A DNA stretch of 64,000 nt from an uncultured Planctomycetia bacterium (GTDB taxonomy: Bacteria; Omnitrophota; Gorgyraeia; Duberdicusellales; 4484-171): positions 375,968 to 439,967 of the forward strand of contig CAZAYU010000001.1 of NCBI GenBank assembly GCA_964489445.1, in the 5' to 3' direction. Position numbers and translations under genes: made by a program. Below, piece by piece: positions 1-9,742 of this stretch. The notes under the pieces were generated by a model. The model searched no databases, was not told the DNA's origin, and was given only the letters and a program-made list of their open reading frames with translations. Each line of letters opens with the position of its first letter. Position 1 is the first letter of the stretch.

Positions 1-287
1 ATAGCCATTTCCCTTATGGAACAATCGTTGTTAACATTCTAGGCTGCTTTTTAATTGGTTTACTCAATGGATACGCTGATAGTCTAGGAATATTTTCTTC
101 AAGAATACGTCTTTTTTTATTTATTGGCCTTTTAGGCGGATTCACAACTTTCTCTGCTTTTAGTTATGAAACTTTTACTCTATTACGCAACCAAGAACTA
201 TCAACTGCATTCCTTAATATTATTTTAAATATTCTACTGTGCTTATTATTTGTATACTGCGGATACGCAATTCCTACACACAACTAA
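1..287 (+). CDS. crcB: Fluoride efflux channel CrcB/FluC, 5'-truncated by the window edge
   Basis: Not in the ORF track; the frame from base 3 reads SHFPYGTIVVNILGCFLIG...GLLGGFTTFSAFSYE..., stop TAA 285-287; FPxGT and GGFTTFS are Fluc motifs. Confidence 0.93.
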   Translation, partial: SHFPYGTIVVNILGCFLIGLLNGYADSLGIFSSRIRLFLFIGLLGGFTTFSAFSYETFTLLRNQELSTAFLNIILNILLCLLFVYCGYAIPTHN

Positions 288-329
288 AAGAAAATAGAAC
301 AGATAGCCTTTCGTCGCAAGCCATCAACA

Positions 330-1253
330 TTATTTAAAATAATCGTGCACTACCATTCTATGATCAAATGCAATTTCTTTTGGTAAATTATCCAGCTTAA
401 ATACTTTTGCAGATTGAGCGTCCGAGCCAGCTAACAGCTTTCCTTTACCTTCACCAGAAAAAACAACCGATGCAGTATGAAAACGAGGATCTCTTACCCT
501 TTCGGAATAAACTTTAAACTGACTAAACCGTACAAAATCTAAATTAGTTTCTTCTTTTATCTCTCTGGCTACTGCTGCTTCTGCGCTCTCACCATAGTCA
601 ACAAACCCTCCGGGTAGGGCCCAGCCAAAAGGAGGATTACTCCGCTTAACCATCACAATACCTGTTTGAAATTTAATGATTCCATCTACCGTTAAAAAAG
701 GACCTTGGTTTGTTTTTTTAACCATATATTTCAGATATTTATTAAAATTTCGCTCAAAATCTCTTAATGCTTTTGACGAATAAAGATAAACTACTATCCT
801 CTCCAGTGTTGGCTTCTTAATTTCTCTGGTATACTTAAATACCTCCTGAGCAATTATCTTAGCCGCTGTGTGATAGCTAAATCCACCAGTACCACACCCT
901 AAAGCACAAAAAGCAATAGACGTAATTTTATTTTTTTGTGCACACTTTAAAGCAGAATAAGCAGCTTGGCGAATAATTTCTGGGCTAGTCCTAAAATCCA
1001 TTTTCATAGTCACCGAATGAATCACGTACTTAACTTTTAGCTTTCCAGCTTTAGTAATAATAGATTCTCCTACATTTAATGGACCCTTAGCAACTGCCTC
1101 TTTTTCAATTTCTTTTCCACCTTTTTGCTTAATGACTCCGGCAACCCCTCCACCCATAAAAAATCGGTTATTCGCCGCATTTACTATTGCTTCTGTATCT
1201 GCGGTAGTAATATCCCCTTGAATAACCGCAACGTCTATTCCATTTAGTTTCAT
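330..1253 (-). CDS. Macrodomain (ADP-ribose hydrolase) fused to a Nudix hydrolase
   Basis: N-terminal GDIT...NAAN...GGGVAG...GCGTGG macro motifs; C-terminal Nudix box GGFVDYGESAEAAVAREIKEETNL. Confidence 0.9.
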   Translation of the reverse strand: MKLNGIDVAVIQGDITTADTEAIVNAANNRFFMGGGVAGVIKQKGGKEIEKEAVAKGPLNVGESIITKAGKLKVKYVIHSVTMKMDFRTSPEIIRQAAYSALKCAQKNKITSIAFCALGCGTGGFSYHTAAKIIAQEVFKYTREIKKPTLERIVVYLYSSKALRDFERNFNKYLKYMVKKTNQGPFLTVDGIIKFQTGIVMVKRSNPPFGWALPGGFVDYGESAEAAVAREIKEETNLDFVRFSQFKVYSERVRDPRFHTASVVFSGEGKGKLLAGSDAQSAKVFKLDNLPKEIAFDHRMVVHDYFK

Positions 1254-1272
1254 CTTCTCCTCCTGTAATTTC

Positions 1273-2757
1273 CTATTTTATTCGTTTTTTATGCATCTTT
1301 TTCGTATTTTTATGCTTTACTGCTGCCTGATGCTGATTAGCAATTGTTCTGGCTATTTTGTAAACATCTTTTTTATTACTCACAATGCCTAGAGCCTGCT
1401 CCTCTTGAACTGCTTTTAAAATTTTACCGACTAGAGGCCCACTCTCTATTTTAAGCTTTTTCATTAGCCAATGGCCATCTATTATTTTCTTCAAAGAAGT
1501 TTGTTTTTGCAAAGAAAAATACATCTCTGCTAAGTTGATCATTACCCTTTCATATTTTTTTCTTCGCTGCTCAGTAATCAGCGGCCCACGCGTTGCTCGC
1601 CAATCAGACAGCGAAAGCAACACCACAGAAATTCCTTCATTCTGAGTATCCCGAAAAAAACGATATACTGCCCTAGAAGTCAACGGAGTTTGTCCGGCTA
1701 AGTACCCTGGACGTAAATGCCAAAAAACAAGCTTCTTTAGCAGCTCCTTCTCTTTAGATGCAAACTTCAGCGAGTCAGCAATTTCCTCAGATAAGTCACG
1801 CCCGATTTTTTCATGAGAATAAAATACCATTTTTCCTTTAACATTTTTTTTAGCTGAAGGCTTACCGATATCGTGCAAAATACAAGCTAGCTTAATAATC
1901 TGAACACGTCGTCTTCCTGAAGATATTTTCTCTTCTAAATAAGAAAATATTTTGCTATTCTTTAGCTTTTGTTTTCGATACAATAATTCAAACTTTTTTA
2001 GTGTTTCTAAAGAATGACTCCATACATCGAGGTGATGGTAATCACCCTGAGATAATCCACGAGCTTTAGTGATAGCCGGAATAAACTCATCTATTATTCT
2101 TGTCTCATCCATAAGTTTAATTGCTTTAAAAGAGTCAACTGACCGTAATATTTTAAATAACTCTTCGGTTATTCTCTCCGGAGAAACATCATTAATCATT
2201 TTTTTATACCGCTTCATAGCTTCGAGAGTCTTTGCTTCAATACGAAATCCATAATTCGCAAAAATCGAAAACCCCCGTAAAATCCTTAAAGGATCATGTA
2301 AGATAGCTTCTTTTCGGGTAGTTATTAATAACTTCCGATTTAAATCCTTGCGAGCACCCCAGTAATCAATTATTTTTTTTCGCTTCGCCCTTAGGTCTAC
2401 TGCCAAACTATTAATCGAAAAATCACGTAAAGATAGATCATCGGAAATAGTCTTTCCACGGATTAACGTAAAATCATAAGTATAGATTATTTTTCTTTTT
2501 TTCAAAATTACACGAAAACTCTGATTCTGCTTATCCAAGACAATATATTTAGCGTTAATCTTTCGAGCAAACTCTCCAGCGAAGGAGCTTGCTTTTTTCT
2601 CAATGCAAAAATCAAAGTCGGTAAGATGTTTGTCAACCTTCAGGTAAGCATCTCTCAAAAACCCTCCTACTAACCAAATATTAATCTTTTTATGATTAGC
2701 AATTTGGCTAATTAACTTGCAATAAGGAATTCTCTTTAGGGATAATGAAATATTCAT
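1273..2757 (-). CDS. Class II tRNA nucleotidyltransferase (CCA/CC-adding family) with HD domain
   Basis: GGFLRD, DFD, RDFSINSLA, DPLRILR, ERITEEL and LHDIGK motifs. Confidence 0.88.
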   Translation of the reverse strand: MNISLSLKRIPYCKLISQIANHKKINIWLVGGFLRDAYLKVDKHLTDFDFCIEKKASSFAGEFARKINAKYIVLDKQNQSFRVILKKRKIIYTYDFTLIRGKTISDDLSLRDFSINSLAVDLRAKRKKIIDYWGARKDLNRKLLITTRKEAILHDPLRILRGFSIFANYGFRIEAKTLEAMKRYKKMINDVSPERITEELFKILRSVDSFKAIKLMDETRIIDEFIPAITKARGLSQGDYHHLDVWSHSLETLKKFELLYRKQKLKNSKIFSYLEEKISSGRRRVQIIKLACILHDIGKPSAKKNVKGKMVFYSHEKIGRDLSEEIADSLKFASKEKELLKKLVFWHLRPGYLAGQTPLTSRAVYRFFRDTQNEGISVVLLSLSDWRATRGPLITEQRRKKYERVMINLAEMYFSLQKQTSLKKIIDGHWLMKKLKIESGPLVGKILKAVQEEQALGIVSNKKDVYKIARTIANQHQAAVKHKNTKKMHKKRIK

Positions 2758-2841
2758 TAGATTACTAGAATTTTTAGTCTTTACTGTTATTCCCTGTCAC
2801 TTTTCTAAATAAGTTTATATTTATCCAAAAGGTAAGAAGCA

Positions 2842-3297
2842 CTAAAACGAAATTACTTCTGTATCCAAACTTTCTAAATCTAAAATCGCTAATGTGGATT
2901 TTCCCCTTAGCCAGCCACCAGTTTCACCTGGATTAATCAATAGCTTATTTCCTTTGTCTATGCTCGGTTTATGGGTATGCCCAAACAACACTATATCTGC
3001 GCTACAATTCTTAAATTCATGAACAACAGCAATTTTCCTTGAATTAAAATTTAAAAAGTACGGTGGTTTATAGATCCGCCCTTCTGACTCCTTTAACAAC
3101 GCATTTCTGTCTCCATCGTTATTACCAAAAACGCCACACCATTGGCAATTGATTTTTTGTAATGGCTTAATTGAAAAAGGCGCAACATAATCACCACAAT
3201 GAATTAAAAAATTGACATTCTGTTCGTTCAGGATTTTAACTGCTTTTTTAATTTTAACAAGATTATCGTGCGTATCTGAAATAATACCTATTTTCAT
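2842..3297 (-). CDS. YfcE/MJ0936-family metallophosphoesterase
   Basis: ISDTH, HCGD, GNND, FGHTH and NPGE motifs. Confidence 0.9.
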   Translation of the reverse strand: MKIGIISDTHDNLVKIKKAVKILNEQNVNFLIHCGDYVAPFSIKPLQKINCQWCGVFGNNDGDRNALLKESEGRIYKPPYFLNFNSRKIAVVHEFKNCSADIVLFGHTHKPSIDKGNKLLINPGETGGWLRGKSTLAILDLESLDTEVISF

Positions 3298-3612
3298 TTT
3301 CCCTCTTAAGCTTAAGACATTGTAAGTTATTAAATAAATCAGCTTCTTCTTTAATTTTTAAAAACATTTTCCAAAAGCAGCCTCTTTGATAAAAATCAGA
3401 TATTTATTTTCTATTGATAATCCAGCACTAACAGAAAATCGGGCGTCAGTCATTTTAATCGAAGACATTAAATTGCAGGCTAAAATAACAAGGCTAGTTA
3501 AAACAACTATTTTTTATCCTAATTACTAATGCTTTATTTTTATCCGATAGCAATGTCAGTTTTATATTCTCTTATTTTGCCATTTTCGCAATAGCAAAAT
3601 AAAGCATTTATT

Positions 3613-4074
3613 TTATTTATTCTTCCTGCCAAAAACTCCTTTGAGCTCGCGCATAAATTGGTTCACATCTTTGAACTGACGATAGACTGAAGCAAATCTC
3701 ACATAGGCCACATCATCTAACTGTGATAACTTTTCCATTAATAGCTCACCAATATACTCTGTCTTAACCTCTTGCTCAAATCTTTTTTGCAGCTCTAACT
3801 CAACACTTTGTGATATTAACTCTAGCTCTTCAATGCTTATTTCTCGTTTTTCACAAGCTTTAACTAGCCCATTAATTATTTTCTGATGGTTGAACGACTC
3901 TCTTCTTCCATCCTTCTTAATCACCATCAGCGTGGTCTTTTCTATATGCTCATAAGTAGTAAACCGCCTACCGCACTGTAAACACTCTCTGCGTCTACGT
4001 ACTACTGACCCTTCTGATGCTTCGCGGGAATCAGTAACCTTATCTTCATTATGATTACAATAAGGACACTTCAT
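3613..4074 (-). CDS. nrdR: Transcriptional repressor NrdR
   Basis: MKCPYC...RRRRECLQCGRRFTTYE zinc ribbon, ATP cone, AYVRFASVYR. Confidence 0.97.
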   Translation of the reverse strand: MKCPYCNHNEDKVTDSREASEGSVVRRRRECLQCGRRFTTYEHIEKTTLMVIKKDGRRESFNHQKIINGLVKACEKREISIEELELISQSVELELQKRFEQEVKTEYIGELLMEKLSQLDDVAYVRFASVYRQFKDVNQFMRELKGVFGRKNK

Positions 4075-4122
4075 TTTTTTTTGCCTTATTTTTAGCCTTT
4101 TCTAAAATTTGTTTATGAATTA

Positions 4123-4632
4123 TCATTTTTCCTTCCGATAAAGCAAGAGCTTAGCCGGAGACAAGTTAATATTTTTATTTTTAATTTTCGCTTTATTTAA
4201 TAACTCTAAAGCCATTTTATCCGGATAACTACAGGCAGAAATTACTTTTATTATCCCGGCATTAATAATCATTTTGGCACAAATAGCGCAAGGAGTATTA
4301 GTAATATATATTAAACTATCCTGTGTAGATATTCCGTGACAAGCTGCCTGCAAAATTACATTTTGCTCCGCATGCAAGCCACGACATATTTCATGCCGTT
4401 GCCCAGAAGGCACATTTAACTTTTCCCTTAAGCATCCGGAAACATCACAATGATCTATACCTCTAGGAGCTCCATTATATCCTGTAGCAAGAATCTGACA
4501 ATTTTTAACTAATACTGCACCAACTTTCCTTCTCAAACATGTAGAGCGCTCACTAATCAAAAACGCTACCTTCATAAAATAATCATCCCAGCTAGGGCGT
4601 TTAATTTTTATTTTCTTTTTCTTCATTTTCAT
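4123..4632 (-). CDS. dCMP deaminase family protein
   Basis: [25 protein letters not shown] and PCAIC zinc deaminase motifs. Confidence 0.92.
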   Translation of the reverse strand: MKMKKKKIKIKRPSWDDYFMKVAFLISERSTCLRRKVGAVLVKNCQILATGYNGAPRGIDHCDVSGCLREKLNVPSGQRHEICRGLHAEQNVILQAACHGISTQDSLIYITNTPCAICAKMIINAGIIKVISACSYPDKMALELLNKAKIKNKNINLSPAKLLLYRKEK

Positions 4633-5876
4633 TTTATTTCCTCATAAAGAGGAAATTTTTTTGTGAATTCAATAACTTGCTCAGTAATATCTTGTGATTT
4701 TCCCAGATTGTCTTTGTTCTCTAACGCTTGATTAATAAGCTCAACAATTATTTCAATTTCTGATTCTTTCATACCTCTGGTAGTAATTGCCGGCGTTCCA
4801 ATCCTAATACCACTGGAAATTACTGGCGGTTGAGAATCAAACGGAATAAGGTTTTTATTAACAGTAATATTAACCTTACCTAAAATAGCAGTCATTTCTT
4901 TGCCACTAACTCCTTTGGAGCGTAAATCTACAAGAAAAAGATGGTTATCAGTCCCTCCACTAACTATACGATATCCTTTTTCGCCCATTAGTCGGGAAAA
5001 CTTCTGAGCATTATTAATAACTTGCTGTTGATAATTAGCAAAGTCCTTGCCCAATGCTAACCCAAAAGCAACGGCTTTCGCAGCGATAACATGCATTAAC
5101 GGTCCTCCCTGAATTCCCGGAAAAACCGCAGTATTAATTTTTTTAGCAAATTCTTTTCGAGCTAATATAAAGCCACCACGCGGCCCTCTTAAAGTTTTGT
5201 GCGTAGTTGAAGTTACAAATTCTGCATACTCACAGGGATTAGGATGTAACCCGGCAGCAACTAATCCCGCAAAATGAGCCATATCTACTAATAAATAAGC
5301 ACCTACTTTATCTGCAATATCCCGAAATCGTTTAAAATCAAATTTACGAGGATAAGCGCTAGCTCCAGCAATAATCATCTTCGGTTTATGCTGTTCGGCA
5401 AGCTGTGCAATCTCTTCATAATCTAATACTTCAGTCTCCTTGTTAACCCCGTAAGGAATAATGTTATAAATTTTTCCACTAAAATTTAAAGGATGCCCGT
5501 GAGACAAATGCCCACCACAAGCTAAGTCCATAGATAAAATAGTATCTCCTGGATTTAGCATCGCTAGCATTACTGCCATATTTGCTTGCGTACCAGAATG
5601 CGGTTGAACATTAGCATACTCAGCACCAAACAACGATTTAACCCTTTCTCTGGCTAATTCTTCTACCTCATCAACAAACTCACAGCCTCCATACCACCGC
5701 GCCTTCGGATACCCTTCGGCATATTTATTTGTTAAAACCGAGCCTTGCGCTTCAATAACCGACCAAGGGGCAAAATTTTCACTGGCAATTAATTCAAGAT
5801 GTTCTTTCTGCCGTTTTAGCTCTCTTGCTATGCTCTCATACACAGGTAAGTCGATTTTTTTTAGTTCTTCTAGCAT
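4629..5876 (-). CDS. glyA: Serine hydroxymethyltransferase
   Basis: [27 protein letters not shown]; start moved to ATG 5876 behind a GGAGG SD. Confidence 0.97.
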   Translation of the reverse strand: MLEELKKIDLPVYESIARELKRQKEHLELIASENFAPWSVIEAQGSVLTNKYAEGYPKARWYGGCEFVDEVEELARERVKSLFGAEYANVQPHSGTQANMAVMLAMLNPGDTILSMDLACGGHLSHGHPLNFSGKIYNIIPYGVNKETEVLDYEEIAQLAEQHKPKMIIAGASAYPRKFDFKRFRDIADKVGAYLLVDMAHFAGLVAAGLHPNPCEYAEFVTSTTHKTLRGPRGGFILARKEFAKKINTAVFPGIQGGPLMHVIAAKAVAFGLALGKDFANYQQQVINNAQKFSRLMGEKGYRIVSGGTDNHLFLVDLRSKGVSGKEMTAILGKVNITVNKNLIPFDSQPPVISSGIRIGTPAITTRGMKESEIEIIVELINQALENKDNLGKSQDITEQVIEFTKKFPLYEEIK

Positions 5877-6030
5877 TTCTTTTCCTCCAGGTATACTCCG
5901 CAGGTATAACCACAGATTATACCTGGTTACAACGATTATCAATGGATTACAAAGATTAATTTTTAATCGCTGTAATCATTTCTTTCATCTCTATAATCAA
6001 GGCATCCGGTGGTTCTTCGTTGCCGAATGC

Positions 6031-6477
6031 CTATCCTTCCTTTATTTCAATATCTTTTATTTTACGTAAGCGCCGCGAATGCCTTCCTCCTTCAAAGTCT
6101 TCGTTCAACCATCGCGACACAACCCTTTTAATATAATCCACCTTGAGAAAACAAGAAGGCAACACCAAAACATTACTATTATTGTGTCGACGGGACATAT
6201 AAGCGCTTTTTAAATTATATGCTAAAGCAGCTCTTATTCCCTTTACCTTGTTAGCAGCGATACAACTTCCTATCCCGGTATAACAAATAACAATGGCCAT
6301 CTCTGCTTCATTACCCTTTACAGCCAAAACAGCTGGGTATATATAATCGGGGTAATCACAGGAATCAGTAGAATGTGTGCCAAAGTCTAGCACAGTATCG
6401 CCTCGCAGCTCTAAATATTTTGATAATATATTTTTTAACTTAAAGCCTCGATGATCACTCGCTAATGCTATCTTCAT
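6031..6477 (-). CDS. rpiB: Ribose-5-phosphate isomerase B
   Basis: ASDHRG, DYPD, CYTGIG, HNNSNVL, FEGGRH. Confidence 0.95.
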   Translation of the reverse strand: MKIALASDHRGFKLKNILSKYLELRGDTVLDFGTHSTDSCDYPDYIYPAVLAVKGNEAEMAIVICYTGIGSCIAANKVKGIRAALAYNLKSAYMSRRHNNSNVLVLPSCFLKVDYIKRVVSRWLNEDFEGGRHSRRLRKIKDIEIKEG

Positions 6478-6614
6478 TTAATTCTCCCCATCATTTAAAC
6501 ATTGTGAATACTTTATTTAGCTCCTAAAAAACTACACTAAATTAATTATACTATACATTTCTAATCTCTGAAATCTATCTTTTACTGTTATAATCATGAC
6601 CAACTCTTAGAAAA

Positions 6615-7688
6615 TTAAAGCCAATCTTTCAACTCTAAAACCGCTTCCTTGATTAAAGAATAAACGTTTTCGTAAGTTTCGTAACTTCCAGCTATTGGAT
6701 CAGGGATATCTCTCTCTAAACCAGGCGAAAGAAACTTTTTTAGATTAAATACTCTCCCTTCAATGGTTGGTTCAAGCTTTAAAAGATGGTTCTTTTGAGC
6801 GTCTTCCATCGTAAAAATTAAATCTGAGGAAAGAAGTGTGTATCTATCTAACCGTTTAGAAAAAAACCTTCGCGCATCAATACTTTCTTCGTCCTTTAAA
6901 ATGCTCACTACTGAGTCTGAAGCGCTTAATCCAAAAACAGCAGATATCCCACGAGAAATTATCTCGTACCTATCCAAAAAATAAGTTCTTTCCCGACTTA
7001 AATATTTATCCAGCATTAACTGCGCCAAAGGCGAACGACAGGTATTTCCAGTGCATACAAATAGTATTCTTTTCCTGGTAAATATTTTTGCCATATCACT
7101 TTCTAAAACCACTCCTTCTCTCAGTAATTTAAAGGGGCCTGTTGTTAGGTCTAAAACTGTTGATGGTTGTGAACAAATACACTCTCCACCATCAACAATC
7201 AGATCAATCGCTCCATCAAAGGAATCTTCAACCTCAGAAATAGCTATCGGATCTTTCTCCCCGCTAATATTAGCAGAAGGTAAAAAGACCGCTTTTTCTA
7301 CTTTTTTTAGTATTTCTTCAGCAATTATATTAGAAGGAACTCTAATTCCTATTTTCTTTTCACTGAATCCGCGCTGATAATAAACAAGTGTCAACGGACC
7401 TGGCCAAAACTTTTCTATTAGTCGATACCCAAACGGAGGTAACACGTCTAAATAATTGTTTACTGCATCATCCTTACTCCCCAAAGCAAAAGAAAATGGT
7501 TTATCCCGAGACCGTTTTTTTATCGAGTATAATCTGTCAACTGCACACTGTTTATCAGCCAAAACAGCTAACCCGTATACAGTCTCTGTGGGAAGAGCAA
7601 CAATGCCTCCATCGAGAATAATTTTTGCGGCTTTATCTATCAAAGCATAATCAATGCTCTGAGAGTTAATGACAACTTTTGATAGCAT
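6615..7688 (-). CDS. Threonylcarbamoyl-AMP synthase (TsaC/Sua5) fused to an LMW protein phosphatase (YwlE-like)
   Basis: PTETVYGL and PSANISG (YrdC fold), then CTGNTCRS P-loop and DIPDP. Confidence 0.9.
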   Translation of the reverse strand: MLSKVVINSQSIDYALIDKAAKIILDGGIVALPTETVYGLAVLADKQCAVDRLYSIKKRSRDKPFSFALGSKDDAVNNYLDVLPPFGYRLIEKFWPGPLTLVYYQRGFSEKKIGIRVPSNIIAEEILKKVEKAVFLPSANISGEKDPIAISEVEDSFDGAIDLIVDGGECICSQPSTVLDLTTGPFKLLREGVVLESDMAKIFTRKRILFVCTGNTCRSPLAQLMLDKYLSRERTYFLDRYEIISRGISAVFGLSASDSVVSILKDEESIDARRFFSKRLDRYTLLSSDLIFTMEDAQKNHLLKLEPTIEGRVFNLKKFLSPGLERDIPDPIAGSYETYENVYSLIKEAVLELKDWL

Positions 7689-7754
7689 AAACTACAGTAA
7701 AAAAATATACCTTTAAAATCGCTGAACTTCCACTAGCTACTTGCAAGCGGAAGA

Positions 7755-8210
7755 TTACTTAAACATTTCTTTGATTTTTCTTAGTTTCGGTTGATACTGC
7801 TTATCGCTTAAAGAAAGGATTTCTAAAGAAAATATTATCGCGTTCAAAAAAGCACTTTTACCTATTCCTGTAGAAGATAATCCAATGCCCCGGGGAATAC
7901 TAACAATAGCAAATAAAGCATCCAGCCCGTCTAAGATTCCTCCCTTTAAAGCAACCCCAATAACCGGAATATCGGTATAAGAGGCAATAAACCCAGGCAA
8001 AGCACAAGCCATTCCCGCACAAGCAATTACTACTTTGAAGCCTTTCTTATTTAATTCTTGAGAAAACTTCCTTAATTTTTCCGGATTACGATGAGCAGAA
8101 ATAACTTCTAAACAACAATCAATCTTTAATTTTTTAAGTATTTTCAGCCCTTCTTCCAATTGGGCAAGATCATTTTTACTTCCCAAGACAATAGCGATTT
8201 TTGCAGACAT
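7755..8210 (-). CDS. purE: N5-CAIR mutase / AIR carboxylase
   Basis: GSKND, SAHRNP, PVIGV; inside the pur cluster. Confidence 0.9.
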   Translation of the reverse strand: MSAKIAIVLGSKNDLAQLEEGLKILKKLKIDCCLEVISAHRNPEKLRKFSQELNKKGFKVVIACAGMACALPGFIASYTDIPVIGVALKGGILDGLDALFAIVSIPRGIGLSSTGIGKSAFLNAIIFSLEILSLSDKQYQPKLRKIKEMFK

Positions 8211-8375
8211 AATATGCTCCTTTTTTTTTGTTAGTTTGTCACTCTTACTTTGACATTTTATCTCTTAAATTAAAAAATTCAATCTCTTATTTTCGCAAAC
8301 TATAGCAACATTGTTAATAGCGACTCGACGCAAAATAGATTTTTTTGAGAATTTGGATTTAACTCTTGAAGAAAT

Positions 8376-9686
8376 CTAAAGAGTAGATTTTAAAAAACTT
8401 TTACTTAAGGCCTTATTTCCTATATCTCGACGATAAACCATTCCATCGAATTTTATATTCTTTATACTTCTGTACACCTTATCTTGAGCATCCTTCAAGT
8501 TTTCGCCTAAGGCAACTACATTCAAAACTCTACCTCCATCCGTGATAAAGCAAGGCTGATTAGAATCGATACCCGGTATAGTTTTTGTACCTGCATGGAA
8601 CATTAACGTTCCATCGTCTAGAGCAAAACTATTCAATCCGTATATTTCCTTCCCTTTTTTATAATTACTAGGATATCCTTCAGAAGCCAAAACAACACAC
8701 ACGGAAGAATCAGTATTCCACTCTAACTCTAAATTATCCAAGCGTCCCTGAATTGTTCTGAGCATAATATCCACTAAATCACTTTTTAATTTTGGTAAAA
8801 TAGCTTGTGTTTCTGGATCACCAAATCTTACGTTGAATTCCAAAACACTAGGCTCATCGTCTTTAATCATCAATCCGGCATAAATTATTCCGGTATATAT
8901 TTTTCCTTCTTCTCTTAATCCATTAATTAAAGGAATAAATACCTTATTAATCACGGATTGAAAACACTCTTTACTTACCAAAGATGCAGGAGAATAAGCA
9001 CCCATTCCTCCAGTATTCAATCCCTTATCATTATCGAGTGCTCGTTTATGATCTTGAGAGGTAACTAGCGGAACTATTGAAGAGCCATCAGAAAAAGCCA
9101 AAATAGAAACTTCATCTCCCTGCAAACAGTCCTCAACAATTATTGTTTCTCCGGCTGACTTAAATACTCTGTCCACCATAATTAAATCTACCGCCCCACA
9201 AGCCTGTTCTGCAGATTCACAGACTATAACACCTTTTCCGGCAGCTAATCCATCAGCTTTTACTACTAAAGGCACACTACGGCTTTTAATGTACTTTTTT
9301 GCCTCTAAGGAATCAGAAAAGGCTTTAAAACCAGCCGTAGGAATTCCATACTTACGCATTGTTTTTTTAGCAAATGTTTTGCTCCCTTCCAACAACGCTA
9401 ATTCCTTTCTCGGCCCAAAGATTGCTAATCCTTTATCTTGAAAAATATCGACAATACCTTCTACCAAGGGAATTTCCGGACCAACAACAGTCAAATCTAT
9501 TTTTCTCTCTTCTGCAAACCGAGCAAGCCCGTTAATATCTAACGGACTAATATCCACATTCTGAGCAATCACGCTTGTCCCACCATTTCCAGGAGCACAA
9601 TACACCTTATCCACCAATGGAGATTGAGAAATCTTCCAAACTAAACAATGCTCTCTTCCTCCTGAACCAATAACTAAAACTTTCAT
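8376..9686 (-). CDS. purD: Phosphoribosylamine-glycine ligase
   Basis: GSGGREH, KADGLAAGKGV, NTGGMGAYSP, EFNVRFGDPETQ. Confidence 0.98.
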   Translation of the reverse strand: MKVLVIGSGGREHCLVWKISQSPLVDKVYCAPGNGGTSVIAQNVDISPLDINGLARFAEERKIDLTVVGPEIPLVEGIVDIFQDKGLAIFGPRKELALLEGSKTFAKKTMRKYGIPTAGFKAFSDSLEAKKYIKSRSVPLVVKADGLAAGKGVIVCESAEQACGAVDLIMVDRVFKSAGETIIVEDCLQGDEVSILAFSDGSSIVPLVTSQDHKRALDNDKGLNTGGMGAYSPASLVSKECFQSVINKVFIPLINGLREEGKIYTGIIYAGLMIKDDEPSVLEFNVRFGDPETQAILPKLKSDLVDIMLRTIQGRLDNLELEWNTDSSVCVVLASEGYPSNYKKGKEIYGLNSFALDDGTLMFHAGTKTIPGIDSNQPCFITDGGRVLNVVALGENLKDAQDKVYRSIKNIKFDGMVYRRDIGNKALSKSFLKSTL

Positions 9687-9742
9687 TTTTAAAACTCCAA
9701 AAGTTAAAAAACGCCCTTATTTTTCTATCTTTAAGTATTAGA

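Noticed and set aside
3358-3517. Remnant lipoprotein-like frame (KIVVLTSLVILAC...) on the minus strand
   Set aside because: No in-frame start codon, about 50 codons, no recognisable homology; too weak to call a pseudogene
5880-6032. THF, ZTP or glycine riboswitch upstream of glyA
   Set aside because: Only a CAACGAAG fragment resembles the THF aptamer; the other conserved elements are not visible
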